Assembly (NCBI GenBank): GCA_001179505.1
Contig: CDMY01000268.1
Span: forward strand, 62,001 to 126,000
Direction of reading: 5' to 3'
Length of the DNA: 64,000 nucleotides
Source: Vitrella brassicaformis CCMP3155
Taxonomy: Eukaryota; Protista; Chromerida
The position numbers were made by a program, and so were the translations under genes. The notes under the pieces are model-generated. The model had not been told where the DNA came from, did no database searches, and saw only the letters and a list, made by a program, of their open reading frames with translations. Of this stretch, positions 13,644 to 29,271 are shown piece by piece. Every line of letters begins with the position of its first letter. Positions within the stretch are counted from its first letter, which is position 1.

Positions 13644-14384
13644 TGTGTTGACACAAAGGTTCCCCGAGGCGGCCAACTTCGTGTTCACCTGCACAGCCGA
13701 CGAAATGTGCCAAGTGAGATCTATCACTCGTACGAGCTGGATGAGCCCTCATGTGTGTATGTGTGTGTCTATGTGTGTGTGTCGCAGGTGTGGCTGGATG
13801 GATCACTTGTGGTGGATCTGGCTGCTGCGGGCACTTTGGCCTCTTCGCCGATCGCCGTGGTCGACACGCGGCTCTACCCCTTACAAGTGCGTGTGGCAAG
13901 GAGACACACACGCCGTGATGCATGTCTCTCTCTCTCTCTGTCCCTCTCTCTGCGTGTGTGTGTGCTGCAGGTGTCGTATTACGAGCAGGAGGGCACTGCC
14001 CACATCTCGCTGGAATGGCAGGGCGGCGCTTCAGTTGCCACGTACACACAAGACCTCCCCCACACACACGCACCTAGATATGTGTCCACACACACACACA
14101 CAGGAAGGTGGCCGTCCCGTCCACAAGTCTATACCACTCGTCAAGCGCACTGGGCGGAGAGTTCCCCATATCTGTCACCGTCACCGTACGGACACACACA
14201 CACACAGAGAGAGAGAGAGGGCCATTCTCTGTGATGAATTTGAATGGGTGTAGGGCACCCCCGGGCCAGTGGAGTCCATCACCCGCACAGCCCCCTTTGC
14301 TGCCGGCACGATCGACCTGCAGTGGGTGCCGCATGTTGACGATGGTAACCCACTCACCTACCCACCCAACCACACACATCCATG

Positions 14385-14415
<31 letters not shown>

Positions 14416-17400
14416 CTGTGTCTGTCTGTCAAGGAAACAGCGCAATAACGGGCTACAAAGTGGAGAGGGATGACGGAGCTGCCGGGGCCTTCACGGATGT
14501 GACCGGGTCGCCTTTTGGCCCGGGCGTGACCACCGTACGCAGACGGAGCGAAAGAGGGAGACACCGTTGGATGTGTGTGTGTGTGTGTGTTGGGCGGGTG
14601 GGCAGTTTTCAGACAGCGACGCGGCTTTGGCGGACTACACGAAGGCTTGGAGATACCGCATCACGCCCACTAATACGAACGGCGACGGTACACACACATT
14701 TGCTGCGTGTTTGTTTGTCGACCTGTTGATCTCTCCCTCTCTCTCTCTCTCCGTGTGTGTGTATGTCTGTAGGCACACAGACCACCATCACCCTCAACTC
14801 AGCGGAATTGCCCGGAGCGCCAGCAGCACCCACTGTCACTGCAGCCACCACCACTTCGCTGACCCTCAGTGTGGCCCACCCCGGCAGCACTGGCGGTGCC
14901 GTCCTGACGGACTACCATGTCTACTACGACAATGGGGACGGCGGATACCTTGTATGTGTGCAGAGATGTTTTCCTTTTCATTTTTCGGGTTTGTGTGTGT
15001 GTGTGTGTGTGGTTGTGTGGTTATGTGCAGGTTAACAAGAAGTCGGGCACCGTTGCAGGCGACCCCGAGACGGTCACACTCACTGGGCTGGACGACACGC
15101 TCATGTATACGATTGCGGTAGGTAACAAACGTGACGATTTCCACTGCACACGTCACGTCAATGAGCGTCTGTGGGTGGGTGGTGGAATGACAGGCCGCTT
15201 TTGAGTCTGCGGCGGGAGAAGGGCCGCAATCCGGCACCGTTACTGTGAGCACCCCCTTTCCCCACCGCCCCCCNNNNNNNNNNNNNNNNNNNNNNNNNNN
15301 NNNNNNNNNNNNNNNNNNNNNNNNNNNNNNNNNNNNNNNNNNNNNNNNNNNNNNNNNNNNNNNNNNNNNNNNNNNNNNNNNNNNNNNNNNNNNNNNNNNN
15401 NNNNNNNNNNNNNNNNNNNNNNNNNNNNNNNNNNNNNNNNNNNNNNNNNNNNNNNNNNNNNNNNNNNNNNNNNNNNNNNNNNNNNNNNNNNNNNNNNNNN
15501 NNNNNNNNNNNNNNNNNNNNNNNNNNNNNNNNNNNNNNNNNNNNNNNNNNNNNNNNNNNNNNNNNNNNNNNNNCCCCCCCCCCACCACACACACACACAC
15601 ACATTCTTTCCATCTGCGTGGCTGCATTTCTGCACACAGAACACACCAGACGGCGTGACGCTTACACACACGCTCACAGGGCTCCCCACCCCGGGATACA
15701 CCTACTGGATCGCTGTGGCCGCCGTCAACTCTGCCGGGCACGCACTGAGACAGAGGGAGAGAGACCTTTCCGTGTATGGGGCATTGTGCATGTGGCTTTG
15801 GTGCTCAGGGAAGGCCCCCTGAGCCCCGAGACGCCTTTAATCGCTTCTGCCGTGCCGACCGAAGTGCAGTCACCTGCAGTGTCTTCTCAGGTGCGTCTGT
15901 GGCTGCGTCAGTGTCTTCTTCGCGATTTGTCTGTGCGTGCGTACTCTCTCTTTCTCTCTCTGTGTGTGTGTGTGTGTGTCTATGGGTGTGTGGCAGAGCA
16001 CGACATCGATGACGATCTCGTGGTCGCCGCCAGTGTTCCCCGGGGCCTTCTCCGCGCCCGTCACGGGATACCTGGTGTACGTCGACGACGGCGCAGGTAT
16101 GCAAATACACAAGCCTGATCTGAGTGCATTGTCCAATGTGGTAGTGTTCTGTTGTCTGTAGGTGGTGCGATCGACACGCTTGTTTACGACGGCACCAATG
16201 TCCCAAGCGTCACACAGGCCACTTATGCCGACACGTCCATCGTCGCCGGGAACCCTTATCGCTTCTCTGTCAAGGCCATCAACGCCGTAAGAAAGGCCAT
16301 TTTGCTTTCTTTTCTGGAGTGTGTGTGTGTGTCTCGTCCGTCCACTCTCCCTCTCCCTCTCTGTGTGTGTTTAGGTGGGTGAAGGTCCGTTGCTGACGAC
16401 CCCGCTCACCGTTTATGCGGCTTCTGTGCCGGGGCCGCCGTCCACACCCACTGCCGTGAGCCAGACAGCACCCCAGACACATACGCTCTGAAACAGAGAG
16501 AGAGAGAGAGAGACAAAAGGCGTTTGTGCGTGTGTGTGTGTGTCTTTAGGTGGCTGCGGGGACCGGCCTGACACAAGTAAGCACGCAAAGCCATGCGGCA
16601 CACACACGTCTGTCTGTCTGTCTGTCTGTGTAGATAACGGTGCAATGGTCGGCTGTAACTGGTGCTGACACGGGGGGGTCCCCGATTCTCAACTACGAGC
16701 TGGCCAGAGACGACAGCCCGTTCGGCTCCTGGGATGATTCGCTTGCCCCGGTGACCTCCCCATACACAGATCTCGAACCAGGTCAGGCGTGTGTGTATAT
16801 GGTGGCGTGCAAGCCTCTCTCTCTCTCTCTCTGTGTGTGGGTGGGTGGGTGGGTGTTTCTTTGTGCAGGGGCGGGGTGGACAGACAACGACGCGCATCTA
16901 TATCGTGTCCGCGCAGTCAACATCGTGGGCAACGGTACCCCCCCCCCCCCCCCCCCANNNNNNNNNNNNNNNNNNNNNNNNNNNNNNNNNNNNNNNNNNN
17001 NNNNNNNNNNNNNNNNNNNNNNNNNNNNNNNNNNNNNNNNNNNNNNNNNNNNNNNNNNNNNNNNNNNNNNNNNNNNNNNNNNNNNNNNNNNNNNNNNNNN
17101 NNNNNNNNNNNNNNNNNNNNNNNNNNNNNNNNNNNNNNNNNNNNNNNNNNNNNNNNNNNNNNNNNNNNNNNNNNNNNNNNNNNNNNNNNNNNNNNNNNNN
17201 NNNNNNNNNNNNNNNNNNNNNNNNNNNNNNNNNNNNNNNNNNNNNNNNNNNNNNNNNGTTCCCCCCCCCCCCCCCACCCACACACACACACACAGAGAGA
17301 CGCCAGACGCCATCTTCACACACATCGCGCACACACACGGACCACCTGGTTGGATGGATCGATGGATGGATGGAAACAGGGGCGTGGTCGACCGAAGCAA

Positions 17401-18766
17401 CGCTGTACAACGCTGTGGTGCCGACGGCCCCCACCCTCTCATATGTGTCTTCGACGGACGGCTCGATGTCGCTCTCGTGGACGGCTGGCACCTCCGCCCT
17501 GCCAATTCTCGGCTACCAGGTACTTGTCTGAGCGTGGGGGTGTGTGGCTGTGGGGAGGTGGGTGGACTGGATGTGTGTGTGTGTAGTTGTTTGCGGACTC
17601 TGTGCTGGTCTATGACGGCTCTGTTGCCCCCTCTGTGCTGTCCTACACACACACGGGGCTCACTGCCGGGCACACACACACTTATGAGGTATGTCCGTCT
17701 GTATGTCTGTCTGTCTGTCTGCACACACACACGGACGAACAGCGAAATGTGTGTGTGTGTGTGTGTGTTTAGGTGACCGCTATCAGCGCGGCTGGGTCAT
17801 CGAGCATGTCTGCAGCAGTCAATCTGGTAACTGCACCCCCCATAACACACACACCACACACATGTGCCATGTGTGTGTGTGTGTGTGTGTATGCAATCGC
17901 AGGTGGTCGGCCGGCAGCCGTACGGCCCCTCAGCCCCCGTGCTGACCTCTGCGTCAACCGCGGCAATCTCTTTCACATGGATGGGCCCATCAACAGGCAC
18001 CGACACACACATACACAGAGAGAGAGAGAGAGAGAGGCGCGGATATCATCCCCCCCAAACAACGATTCTTCAACATTTTCCGTTCTCTGTCTCTCTCTTC
18101 CTCTTAGTCACCGGCGTGCCCATCACCGCCTACACAGCCGAGCGCGCAACGGACCCCACAAGCACCTACGCCGACGTCGCGGCCTGCACGAGCCTGGCGC
18201 CGAGTGTGCTGAGCTGCACGGACAACACTGTGTCTCCGGGAGTGGTCTATCAGTATAGGGTCTATGGGGTCAACGGGGTGGGCGACGGAAGCGTCAAAGG
18301 CGACAGATCCGGTGGGTGAATGTGTGTGAGCGTGGAGGAGTAATCTGGCCATCTCTCTCTCTCTCTCTCTCTCTGTGCGTGTGGATGGTTGGGTGGGTGT
18401 CTCAATGCAGCGTATACCATCATCCCAGCCAGCAACCCCCTGGCCGCCCCCGCCTCGCTAGCGAGAGACTCTCCTCCCTCGTCGAGCACGGCGATCACAG
18501 CCACGTGGAGCAGTGTCACTGGGGCAACTGGTACGTGTTTGCAATAATGCTCTGAGGGTGTCTGTGGATGTAGTGTCTCTCTCTCTGTCTGTGTGGGGGG
18601 GTGGTGCAGGGTACCGCCTCTACGCCGACACGGGGCTCAACGACGCTCTCACTCTCGTATATGACGGCACGAGCAAGCCCAGCGTGTTGACCTACACTCA
18701 CAGCGGGCTGATTACGGGAAGGACCTACCGATTTGCCGTGTCCACACTGGACAATGCCGGTCACAC

Positions 18767-18797
<31 letters not shown>

Positions 18798-19227
18798 GGA
18801 GAGAGAGGTTTTCCTTTTCTCCATCCCTGTGTGTGCAGGTGAGGGCGCACAATCGGGGATCCAATCCTTCCTGGCCGCTTCACTGCCATCGGCCCCCACC
18901 GCTGTGACGCTCGTCTCGTCGTCTGCGACCAACATCCAGCTCTCATGGAGCCCGCCTACAAGCACCGGTACATCTGTGTAGACTCAGAGACACAGAGGGA
19001 CTGCGCACACACACACACACAGAGGGAGAGACTCACTCTATGTGTGTGTGTGCAGGGGGTGCCTCGTCCATAGACTACACGGTCTATTGGGACTCTGGCG
19101 GCGGGCCAACCGATACTTTGAGCAACTCTGCCAGTGTCGGGACGGCCACCACCTATGACATCACTGGTGGCCTGTCGGCTGGGGACTTCTATCAGACACA
19201 AGTATAGCAAAGACACACACATGGACA

Positions 19228-19263
<36 letters not shown>

Positions 19264-19565
19264 AAAAGCGAAATGGGCCTCTCTGTCTCTGTCTCTGTCT
19301 CTCTCCCCCTGTGGGTATTTTTTAGATAGAAGCGTCCGTCACCGGGCTGGGCACATCCCCCCGCACGCCCATCTCCACGTTCGTTGCCGCGAGTTTGCCC
19401 ACCGGCGCGTCGCTGACGGCATCGACCTCCCCGACAGAGCGCACCAAGACCAGCATCGGGCTCACGTGGTCGACCCCTTCTACTGGGGGGTCGCCTATAA
19501 CCGGGTAATGCCCGAGTCTCTGTGTCTGTTGGACGTTCCAATCCCCCAGCACACACAAACCAGCC

Positions 19566-19600
<35 letters not shown>

Positions 19601-22600
19601 TGTACGTGTGTGTGTGCAGGTTTGTGTTGCATAGAAATGATGGTCAGGGTGGGGCGGGGTTCGTTGAGGTGGCGACGGTGAGTCCGAGTGCGACGGCGTA
19701 TACCGTTACGGGCCTCACCAACGGGTATCGGTACATTTTCAAAGTAAGACAACAGAGAGAGAGAAAAGAGGCTCACACACCCGCCCCCTTCCTCCCCATG
19801 TATGTGTGTCAGCTAACGACCGTCACCGCAGCAGGCTCAACCGACGGCGCAGCCACGGCGGAGATCCTCTGCGCCGGCCCACCTGCACAGCCCTCCCCGC
19901 CCACTCTCGTGTCGTCGGACAACGCGCCGACTGCGGCCATTACTGTCGCCTGGGTCTGGCCCGCTGACGACGGCGGATCGCCGATCACCGGGATGCAGGT
20001 GTGGCTCTTGTTTTGGTTTGTTCTTTCTCCCCTTATGGAATGGTTGGCTGGTTGGTTGGCCTTCTTGTGTGTGTGGATGTAGGTGCAATACGACAGTGCG
20101 GGGACCTGGACGGACATTGGAGCTGCTGTGACCTTCCCCACAGCCACCCTCACACACGACGATGGCGGCTCAGGTGCCCAGAACCCTTTAGCCTTTACAC
20201 ACACAAACACAGACCTCTGTCTGCACACACACACACACACATACACAGGTCTGACAGCCGGCACCCTCTACACCTACCGCATCATAGCCAAGAACGCCGT
20301 CCCACTCGACAGCGACCCCTCGACGTCTGCCACCTTCATCGCCGCCAACGTGCCGGACACACCGACCATCACTTTGGCCTCTGGGGGGCAGAGCAAGACG
20401 GCATTGCAGCTCGAGTGGGCCGCGCCTGCTGGGAATGGGGACGCGCCGTTTCGGTACGCAGAGAGAGGGAGAGAAAGAGGGAGATAGAAAGAGACAATTT
20501 CTTTCCTCTCCCCCTCCCTCTGTTGTGTGTGTGTGTGTGCGTGCAGGTACACTCTCACTCAGGATGACGGCAACGGCGGCGATTTCGCCACCGTCTACAC
20601 GGGCCCCGCGCTCTCCTACACAGCCTCCCCCCTGACAGCCGGACTCACATACAGGTTCCAGCTCGTCGCCACAAACAGAGCGGGCGACAGCGCGGCATCA
20701 AGCGTGTTTGCGCGGACGGCCGCGAGCCTCCCTGGCGCACCCACTGGGCTCGCCCGTACGGCATCGACCTGTGGTGGCACTATGGTTATCGGGCAACCGG
20801 TGTGTGAAGCCATATGTGTGTATGCGGGCATATCTCACTGCCTCCCTCCCTCCCTGTGTGTGTGTGTGTGTTTTTTTTAGGCGACGCTCGATTTGGCCTG
20901 GAATGCGCCGGCGGACAACGGTGGGTGTGGTCTGGTGGACTATGAGGTTTATCAGGACGGGGTCGCGATTGGGACCACTGGCAGCGGGGCCACAAGCACT
21001 TATAGGTACCTCCTTTTTGCCCCCCCTCCCTCACACACAGAGAGACAGAAAGCGTACCCACCCACAAGTCTCTGTCTCTCTCTCAGCGTCACAACGGGCA
21101 TTCTCTGCGGCACGGCCTATTCCTTCACAGTCAAAGCAGAGAACACCTGCCGGACAGGGGAGTTTGGCGCAGCATCGGCCCAGCTGCTCATCACCGGGGG
21201 CACACTGCCCATCGCTCCCACAGGCCTTGCCGGGGTGGCGGGGTCGCTGACGAGCGTGGCGTTTTCGTGGAACGCCGTTCCTGGTATGTGGGCATGTGTG
21301 TGTGTGTGGGTGGTGTCTCTATGTTTCTCTTCCTCTCTGTGCCTGTGTGTGTGTGTGACGATGCAGTGGGACTTAGTACGGGCGGCTCGGCGATCCTCGG
21401 CTATCGGCTGTACCTCAACGACGGCCAAGGCGGCTCCCTCTCCCTGGTCTTCGACGGCACATACCAGCCCACAGTCGTCAGCAAAACCGTCACAAACATG
21501 GTCACAGGCTACACCTATAAGGCGGCCGTGAGTGCGGTCAACGGCGTCGGGGAGGGCCCCCAGAGCACCGCTATCGACGTGGTGATGGCATGGAAGCCGA
21601 GTGCGCCGACGGGGGTGCAGGTGGCGAGCACTGGCGCGACCACCGTGGACGTGAGCTGGACTGCTTCCACAAGTGACGGCGGATCGCCGTTGGCTTCTTA
21701 CACGGTAAGTTTTTTTTGTCGACTCTTCTTGAGATTGTTCCGTGTTCTTGCCTCTTTCAGTTTTCCGGTCTTCTGTGTTTGTGATTTCTTAGGTGCATTA
21801 CGCCCCTGATCCCTATACAGGCTGGTCGACGTCCAGCACCACCGGCCTTGAAACCACCCGCTCCATCAGCTTACTCACGGCCGGCACCTCCTACCAATTC
21901 AAGCTCACCGCCACGAACGACGCAGCAGTCAGCAGCGACTTTTCCACGGTCGTGCAGGCCATCGCCGGCTCAGTGCCGCCCGCCCCGGACACCCTGACAC
22001 GGGTGTCGACGTCAGAGACCACCATGACCGTGCAGTGGACCTACACGAGTCCCTCGGATGCGCCGATAACGGGCTACCGGCTCTATGTCGACAGAGACGG
22101 CAGCGGGGACTTTGTTTTGGCGTATGACGGGTCGAGCAGCCCTTCGATGTTCCAGACGACCGTGACGAACCTGGTGTGTGGGACGGCGTACGACATGAGG
22201 GTGGTGGGGGTGAGTTCTATCGGTGAGGGGGCGGTGTTCGCCGCGACGCTCACTCTGGCGACCCTGCCGGGGCCGCCGCAGAATTTGCAGGTGACTTTGT
22301 CGAACACTGGGCAGATCGATTTGAGCTGGGATCCGCCCATTGACACTGGCTGTGCGGCGATCAGGTGCGCAAACCCTCCACACACACACACACACACAGA
22401 GGGAGAGAGAGAGGGAAGGACATTTCATACGCCGTCCAAAAGCCATGAGAATTGCCCCAAAGATGCTCCTGATTCGTCATTTTGTCTTTGTCTTTGTGTG
22501 TGTGTGTCTCTCTCTCTGTCTCTCTGTGCAGTCAGTACCGAATCTACAGAGACACCGGCAGCGGCTTCTCCACTTTGGCCACACAGGCGGGGGCCACCTA

Positions 22601-22761
22601 CTCCGACGCCGCCACCGTTGCTGGCAGCGGCACGCTGCACCTCTACCGTGTGGCGGCGAGGAACGCCGCTTTCACCACAGAGTTTGGCGCACAGACGGCG
22701 AGTCTCACCGCCTTTGACGGTACATTGCCAGGGAGAGAGGTTTCCCGATAACACACGGATG

Positions 22762-22795
<34 letters not shown>

Positions 22796-24324
22796 TCTGT
22801 GCGTGTGTGTGGATGGATGTCGCAGCCACCGTCCCCGACCAAGTGACCGGCCTCTCCATCACCGCCACCTCCCGCACCACAGCCACCCTCTCATGGTCAG
22901 CCCCAGCCGACGGCGGTGCCCCAATCACACAGTACTCCATCCAACACGACCAGGGCCTCCTCGGCGACTTCACAAGCACCACGCTCGCATCCACCGCTCT
23001 CATCGCCACCATCCTGGGGCTCTCAACGGGGCTTTCTCATCGCTTTCGTGTAGCGGCTGTGAATGCGGTTGGGACGGGGGCGTATTCTGCTGAGGCTGTG
23101 GGTGTGGTTGCAAGTGTACCGGGGGCGCCGGATGCGCCGACGTTGGCGAGCATTGCTGTCGACGATGACGTGCGCGTGACGTGGGCGGCGCCCAGCGACG
23201 ATGGGGGGAGCGTTATTACGGGCTATAAGGCAAGCTGAGACCATAGCACATCCCNNNNNNNNNNNNNNNNNNNNNNNNNNNNNNNNNNNNNNNNNNNNNN
23301 NNNNNNNNNNNNNNNNNNNNNNNNNNNNNNNNNNNNNNNNNNNNNNNNNNNNNNNNNNNNNNNNNNNNNNNNNNNNNNNNNNNNNNNNNNNNNNNNNNNN
23401 NNNNNNNNNNNNNNNNNNNNNNNNNNNNNNNNNNNNNNNNNNNNNNNNNNNNNNNNNNNNNNNNNNNNNNNNNNNNNNNNNNNNNNNNNNNNNNNNNNNN
23501 NNNNNNNNNNNNNNNNNNNNNNNNNNNNNNNNNNNNNNNNNNNNNNNNNNNNNNCCCCACACACACACACACAGAAACAGAGAGAGAGAGAGAGAGGCCT
23601 TTTCCCACACCCCGAGACACAGAGAAATCTCTCCCTCTTCGTCCTCTTTTCACGGTCGCAATCAGATGTATGAGAATACCGTTCTGGACTATGACGGCAC
23701 CGGCGCCCCCGCCACTCTCACCCAGGACCTCAAATGCCCCTCTGCGGGCGCGACAGTCAGCTACACGGTGTCGGCCATGAATGCGGCCGGGGAGGGGCCG
23801 CAGTCGGCCGCGAGCACACGGACGTGTGCACTGGAGCCTGGCGCGCCGATCAATTTCGCTCTGAAGGTCAATGCTGCCCCTGGTGAGAGAGAGAGAGACA
23901 GAGAGAGAGACGCGCACAGTAACAAACGCGTGAATCTCTCTCTCTCTCTCTCTGCAGGGACTCTTGAGCCCACCGACCTCCGCACACCCACCTCCCTCTT
24001 TCTCGAGTGGGACCCCCCCGCTGCCGCCCCCACCGACCCCATAACAGAATACGTCCTCTACAGGGACAACGGGCTGGCATCCGGCACTTACGCGGAGACA
24101 TACAGGGGGAGTGTCGCCGAGTACGAGGATGTGGGGCTGGTGATGGGGCGGACGTATCGGTATAGAGTGAGTGCGGTGAACACTGTGGGGGAGGGGGCGG
24201 CGACTGCTGTGACGGCCTTCCAGGTATAATGTGTGTGTGTCTCGGGTGTTGGGTGTGTGTGAAAAGGGGTTGGGTATGAGGAGGACGCTTGTGTATTGCG
24301 AGCAAGTCTCTCTCTCTCTCCCTT

Positions 24325-24360
<36 letters not shown>

Positions 24361-24685
24361 TGTGTGCAGGTTTTGTGTGTCCCCCGTTCTCCCCCCTACG
24401 CCCCCACCGCCACCAGCCGGGCGCCCACGGCCATCACTCTCACTTGGAGCGCACCCACAGTCGACGTCGGCCTGCCTGTCACCGACTACCGTGTTTACCG
24501 AGACGGTCCGTTTGCACACACAAAGTCTTTTTTCTTTTGCAAGCTAGCTCCACGTGTGTGTGTGTGTGTGCCGCGGAAATAGGCACTTTCCTGGCCGCCG
24601 TTGGGTCGAGTGCGACGACCTATACGGACAGCACGACAGCTGGCGGCACCTCCTATGTCTACCGCGTAACGACACACATAACACA

Positions 24686-24717
<32 letters not shown>

Positions 24718-24977
24718 TGTATGTGCGTGTGCGGGGGTGGCTGTGTGCAGGTGATAGCGGAGAACAGCGAAGGTCTCGGGTTTACGTCGGCAGAGAGCGC
24801 CTCGATCATCGCGGCCGCAGTGCCGAGCGCCACGACTTTCAGCGGGGCGACCGCCACGGCCACGACTGTCTCGCTCACATGGTCAGATACCCATGCACAC
24901 CCAGACCCTCCCTCTGTGTCTGAGAGACACCCACCCTCCCTCCCTCTCCCCCCCCCACACACACATTTGGTTTGCCA

Positions 24978-25013
<36 letters not shown>

Positions 25014-28000
25014 TGTGGGCGTGTTAACGAGTGTTCAGGAATGCGGCTACGGCGAATGGTTCGCCGGTCACCGCGTATCGTCTGTATATCAACGACGGCC
25101 GCGGGGGGGACCCTTTGACGCGCATTTACTCAGGTAGCCCTCCCTCACCGCAAAAACAGCAAAAGCATTCCTTTCCCCAGCTCTCTCTGTCTCGCTGTGT
25201 GTGTGGGCCATACATAGGTCTGGCCACCACCTACACAGCGACCGGGCTCGTGTCGTCCCGGACTTATGGATTCGCTGTGAGCGCCGTCAATGGTGTGGGG
25301 GAGGGGGCCAAGTCGGCCGTGCAGAACGCGCAGCTCTGCAACACTCCCTCCGTAAGACAACACACACACACACACACACACACACAGGGAGAGACACCAG
25401 AGAGAGAGAGAGAAACAGACATACAGACAAAACTTCTCGCGAGAAACATCGGAAAAAGCGGTTCTTTCTGCATATGTGTGTGCGTGTGTGTGTGCAGGTG
25501 CCCCGCAACCTTCGTGTGGCCTACAGGGATGACGACGAGATCTGGGTGCAGTGGGACGCACCCACAGACACGGGCGGCTGCGGCATCGACTCATACACCG
25601 TCAACGTCGACACTGTCGGTGGGTGCGCTGCCAAAAGATGCGAGACAAGAAGGCGCGAGAAGCCGTCTGTGTGTGTGTGTAGATGTGAGCACACAAACGG
25701 ACCTTCTGTATAAGGATACGGGAAAGGCAACAGACACGGAGTTCGACTACAACGTGCGGGCGAACGGGCCCTCCCTCTCTTCTGCTGCCACATGTATGTC
25801 TATGTCTGCATAAACCTCTCTCTCCCTCTGTGTGTATGGGGGTCTGTCTGTCTGTTTGTTTGTGTGCATCTCAGCCGATCTGACTGTGCGTTCCGCAACA
25901 GCACCCCAAGCAGTGACGGGCGTCTCTGTGACGTCGGCAACCAGCACGGCTATAACGCTCTCGTGGACAGACATCACTGCAAGCCCAGGCAACCCCACCC
26001 CCCACCCCCTCAGCACACACACACACACACACACCAAACCCTCCATGTGTGTGTACAGCCAATGGCGGCTCGGCCGTGACGTCCTACCGGATTGTGATCA
26101 ACGACGGTCTGGGCGGCAGCACCTTCGCACAGGCGGTCTCGCCGGACGACGCGGGGACGCCCGCGACCACCACTGTCACGCTTGTGCCTGGTGGGTGAGT
26201 TCGTTGTGTGTGTCTCTCTCTCTCTCTCTCTATGTGTGTGTGTGTGTGTGTGGGTGTCTTTAGGGCGGTATTATCTGCTGAAAGTCGCGGCGCAGAACCT
26301 GGTCACCACGGGCAACGCTCTCAACGACCAAACCCTTCAGGTACACACACACACATATACACACATACACAGCCATCTCTCTCTCTTTGTATGTGTGAGT
26401 GTGTCTGTGCAGTTCAGCAGTGAAGTGGCCACCTACGCCGCAGAGACGCCCTTGCCGCCCGCAGACGCCTCTCTCTCCGCCACGCGCACACAACCTGGGA
26501 AGATTCTGTTTGAGTGGGGCGTCTCGACTGACACGCGCGGCTCGCCGATAACACGATATGAGCTCTACGAGAACTCCCCAAGTGCGCACCCAGACAGACC
26601 AACAGACAGAGAGAGAGAGAGAGAGACATGGGTGTGTGTTTGTGTGGGTGCAGGTACCGCCGTGATGGCCATCACCGATGCGGCCACGAGGTCGCACCTT
26701 CTCGAGGGATGCACCCCCACAACCGTTTACGACATCAAGGTCAGACATTTTCTTTACTTTTCACTCACTCAGCATGTGTGTTGGTGTGTGTGTTGGAGCA
26801 CTGCAGGTGCGCGCAGAGAACGCCGTTGGATGGGGCGCCTACACGAGTGACACCACATTCACTTGTGCAATCGCCCCTGACGCTCCTGCAGGTCGTTCTC
26901 CCCTAACCCCCCTCACACAGAGAGAGGAGAGAGAGTCCTCAGTCGTGTGTCGTGTGTGTTGATGCAGCACCGACACGCGACGCGTCGACGAGCACGAGCA
27001 TCACTGTCGACTGGGTGGCCCCTGCAACCAACGGCTGTGCCATCACCACATACACCCTTTACAGGGCGACCGAATTCGGTGCGCACACACACACAGCGAG
27101 AGGCGCCCTTTGGACACACACAAACACACGCACTTTCTCTCTCTCTGGGTGTGTGTGTGTGGGCGGGGGGGGGTGCAGGGACTTTTGCGAGTGTCTCCAC
27201 GGCCAACGTGCTGACCTTCGCCGACACAGGGCTCACCACTGGGGTCTACTATCGGTACCCTTTGCAGTCCGACTAAGGAAGAACCACCACACACAGTGGC
27301 TTCTCCTCATCTCCTTCTCTCCCTCTCTGTCTCTGTGGGTCTCTTTTTGTCTGTGTGTAGGTATAAGGTCACAGCCACCAACTGTGTCGGCGAGTCGGCC
27401 GATTCCCCAACGGTGCTTATCCCAGCAGCCGGCATCCCTTCTGCGGCAACAGCCCTGGCCATGACCACACTGACACGGTCGACGGCTACTGCACAGTGGA
27501 CCGCTCCAGGTGTGTATGTGTGTTGACACACGCAAGGCGCCCACACACTCTCCATGTGTATCCCTTCGTTGTGTGTCTTACTGTTTGGGTGCAGCTGACA
27601 CAGGCGGCTCGCCAATTGTGCTCTACAAGTACTGACATCCGCAAACACACACGCAGAGAGAGAGAGAGAGCCGTGTCTCTCTACGTGTGTGTGTGTTTGT
27701 GTGTATAGGTTGTGGTCGGACAATGGCGGCGGCGGAGGGTCGCCCTTCAGCACGCTCGTGTGGAGCGGAAGCACCGCCTACACGACCACATTGACCTTTA
27801 CCACTGGTGGGTGCGGCGTGCGGCGGGGCTACCACGGGGAAAATGCTCCCTCTTCTGTGTGTCTGTGTCTGTGTCTGTGTGTTTGAAGGCACCGCCTACC
27901 AGCTCGAAGTCGAGACCCACAACGTCGTCAACCAGCTCTACTCCGTCGGCGGGGCGCGCAGCGCCATCCTCTCGTGGAGCGCCGCGGTGCCGCCTGACGC

Positions 28001-29234
28001 ACCGACTGCACTCGCGGTCAAGACGGCCGACCGCGGGACGGCGAGCATCACAATGTACTGGGAGGACCCTGCTGACCTCGGCGGCATGGGGGCGATCACC
28101 AACTTCGATCTGCAGGCACGCACACACAGACATAAGCCACTCCGCTAGACAAATCGCACAAAGGAGCGCGTTTCTGCGAATGGAATCCATCAGATGGATG
28201 ACGGGCTGGGCGGGTCCTTTTCGTCTGTCTACACGGGTGCGGGGGTGGTCGACGGCTCAGGCTACTCCCATCAAGAAACGGGACTCACTCTCGGCCTCAG
28301 CTACCGATTCCACATACGGTGCGTCAGTGGCAAGAAAAAGACTTTTCTCTCAATGTCTCTCCCCCTTTCTTCTCTGTGTGTATGTGTGGGGGCGCAAAAG
28401 GGCTGAGACGGCAGCGGGTTACGGATCGTTCTCGTCGATTGTGTCAGGACAGGTGTGCAGCGCCCCCAGTGCGCCGCAGAGCCTGGCGGTGGTGTCGCAG
28501 TCGACCGCACTCATGACTGTCTCATGGTTGGTACACACACGAAAGGGCATATGGGTGCGCGAGGGTTTGTTGTGTGTGTAGGTCTGCCCCGTCCGACAAT
28601 GGCGGCTGCACAGTCACCGGCTACCTGGTTCTTGCGGGAACCACCGACCCACCCACAGGTCAGTGTCTGTCTCTCCCTCTCTCCGGTCCGATGAACGTGT
28701 TGGCGTTGACGTGCTCTGTGCGTGTATCTGCAGTGCAAGTAGCCGACGTGGACAGCAGCACGCTGCAGCTGTCCTATGTGCCGGGCGCCGGTAATACGGA
28801 CTATTTCTTTCTCGTGCGGGTGCGAATTCAAAACGTTCTTGCACATCGCGTCGCCGTGTAGAAACAACGGCCTTCTCCCACACACCCACATCTCTCTCTC
28901 TCTCTGTGCGTTTGTGTGTGTGTGTAGGCTAAGAACTGGCTGACAGAGACGGTTGCAGCCATCTCAGGCACCGACTCTGCGGTGCTGCAAGTGGTCTCTG
29001 CAAGCATCCCCGACGCCCCAGTCGCGCCAACACGGTGTGGAAAGAGAACGCACCTTTGTGTGTATGCTCTGTTTGGGCGTGTGTGTGGCGGGTCGGCAGG
29101 TCTGCGTCGACAGCCACAGAGATCACTCTGGCAGTGACAGATCCCTCTACTGGGGGGTCGCCGCTGATCACCCCGGGGTTTATCGTGCTGAAGAATGACG
29201 GCCTGGGAGGTACATGCGGCCTAGGCATCCACAC

Positions 29235-29271
<37 letters not shown>

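Noticed and set aside
6506-24229. Long ORFs containing X runs
   Set aside because: They span 300-N assembly gaps, so their length is an artefact.
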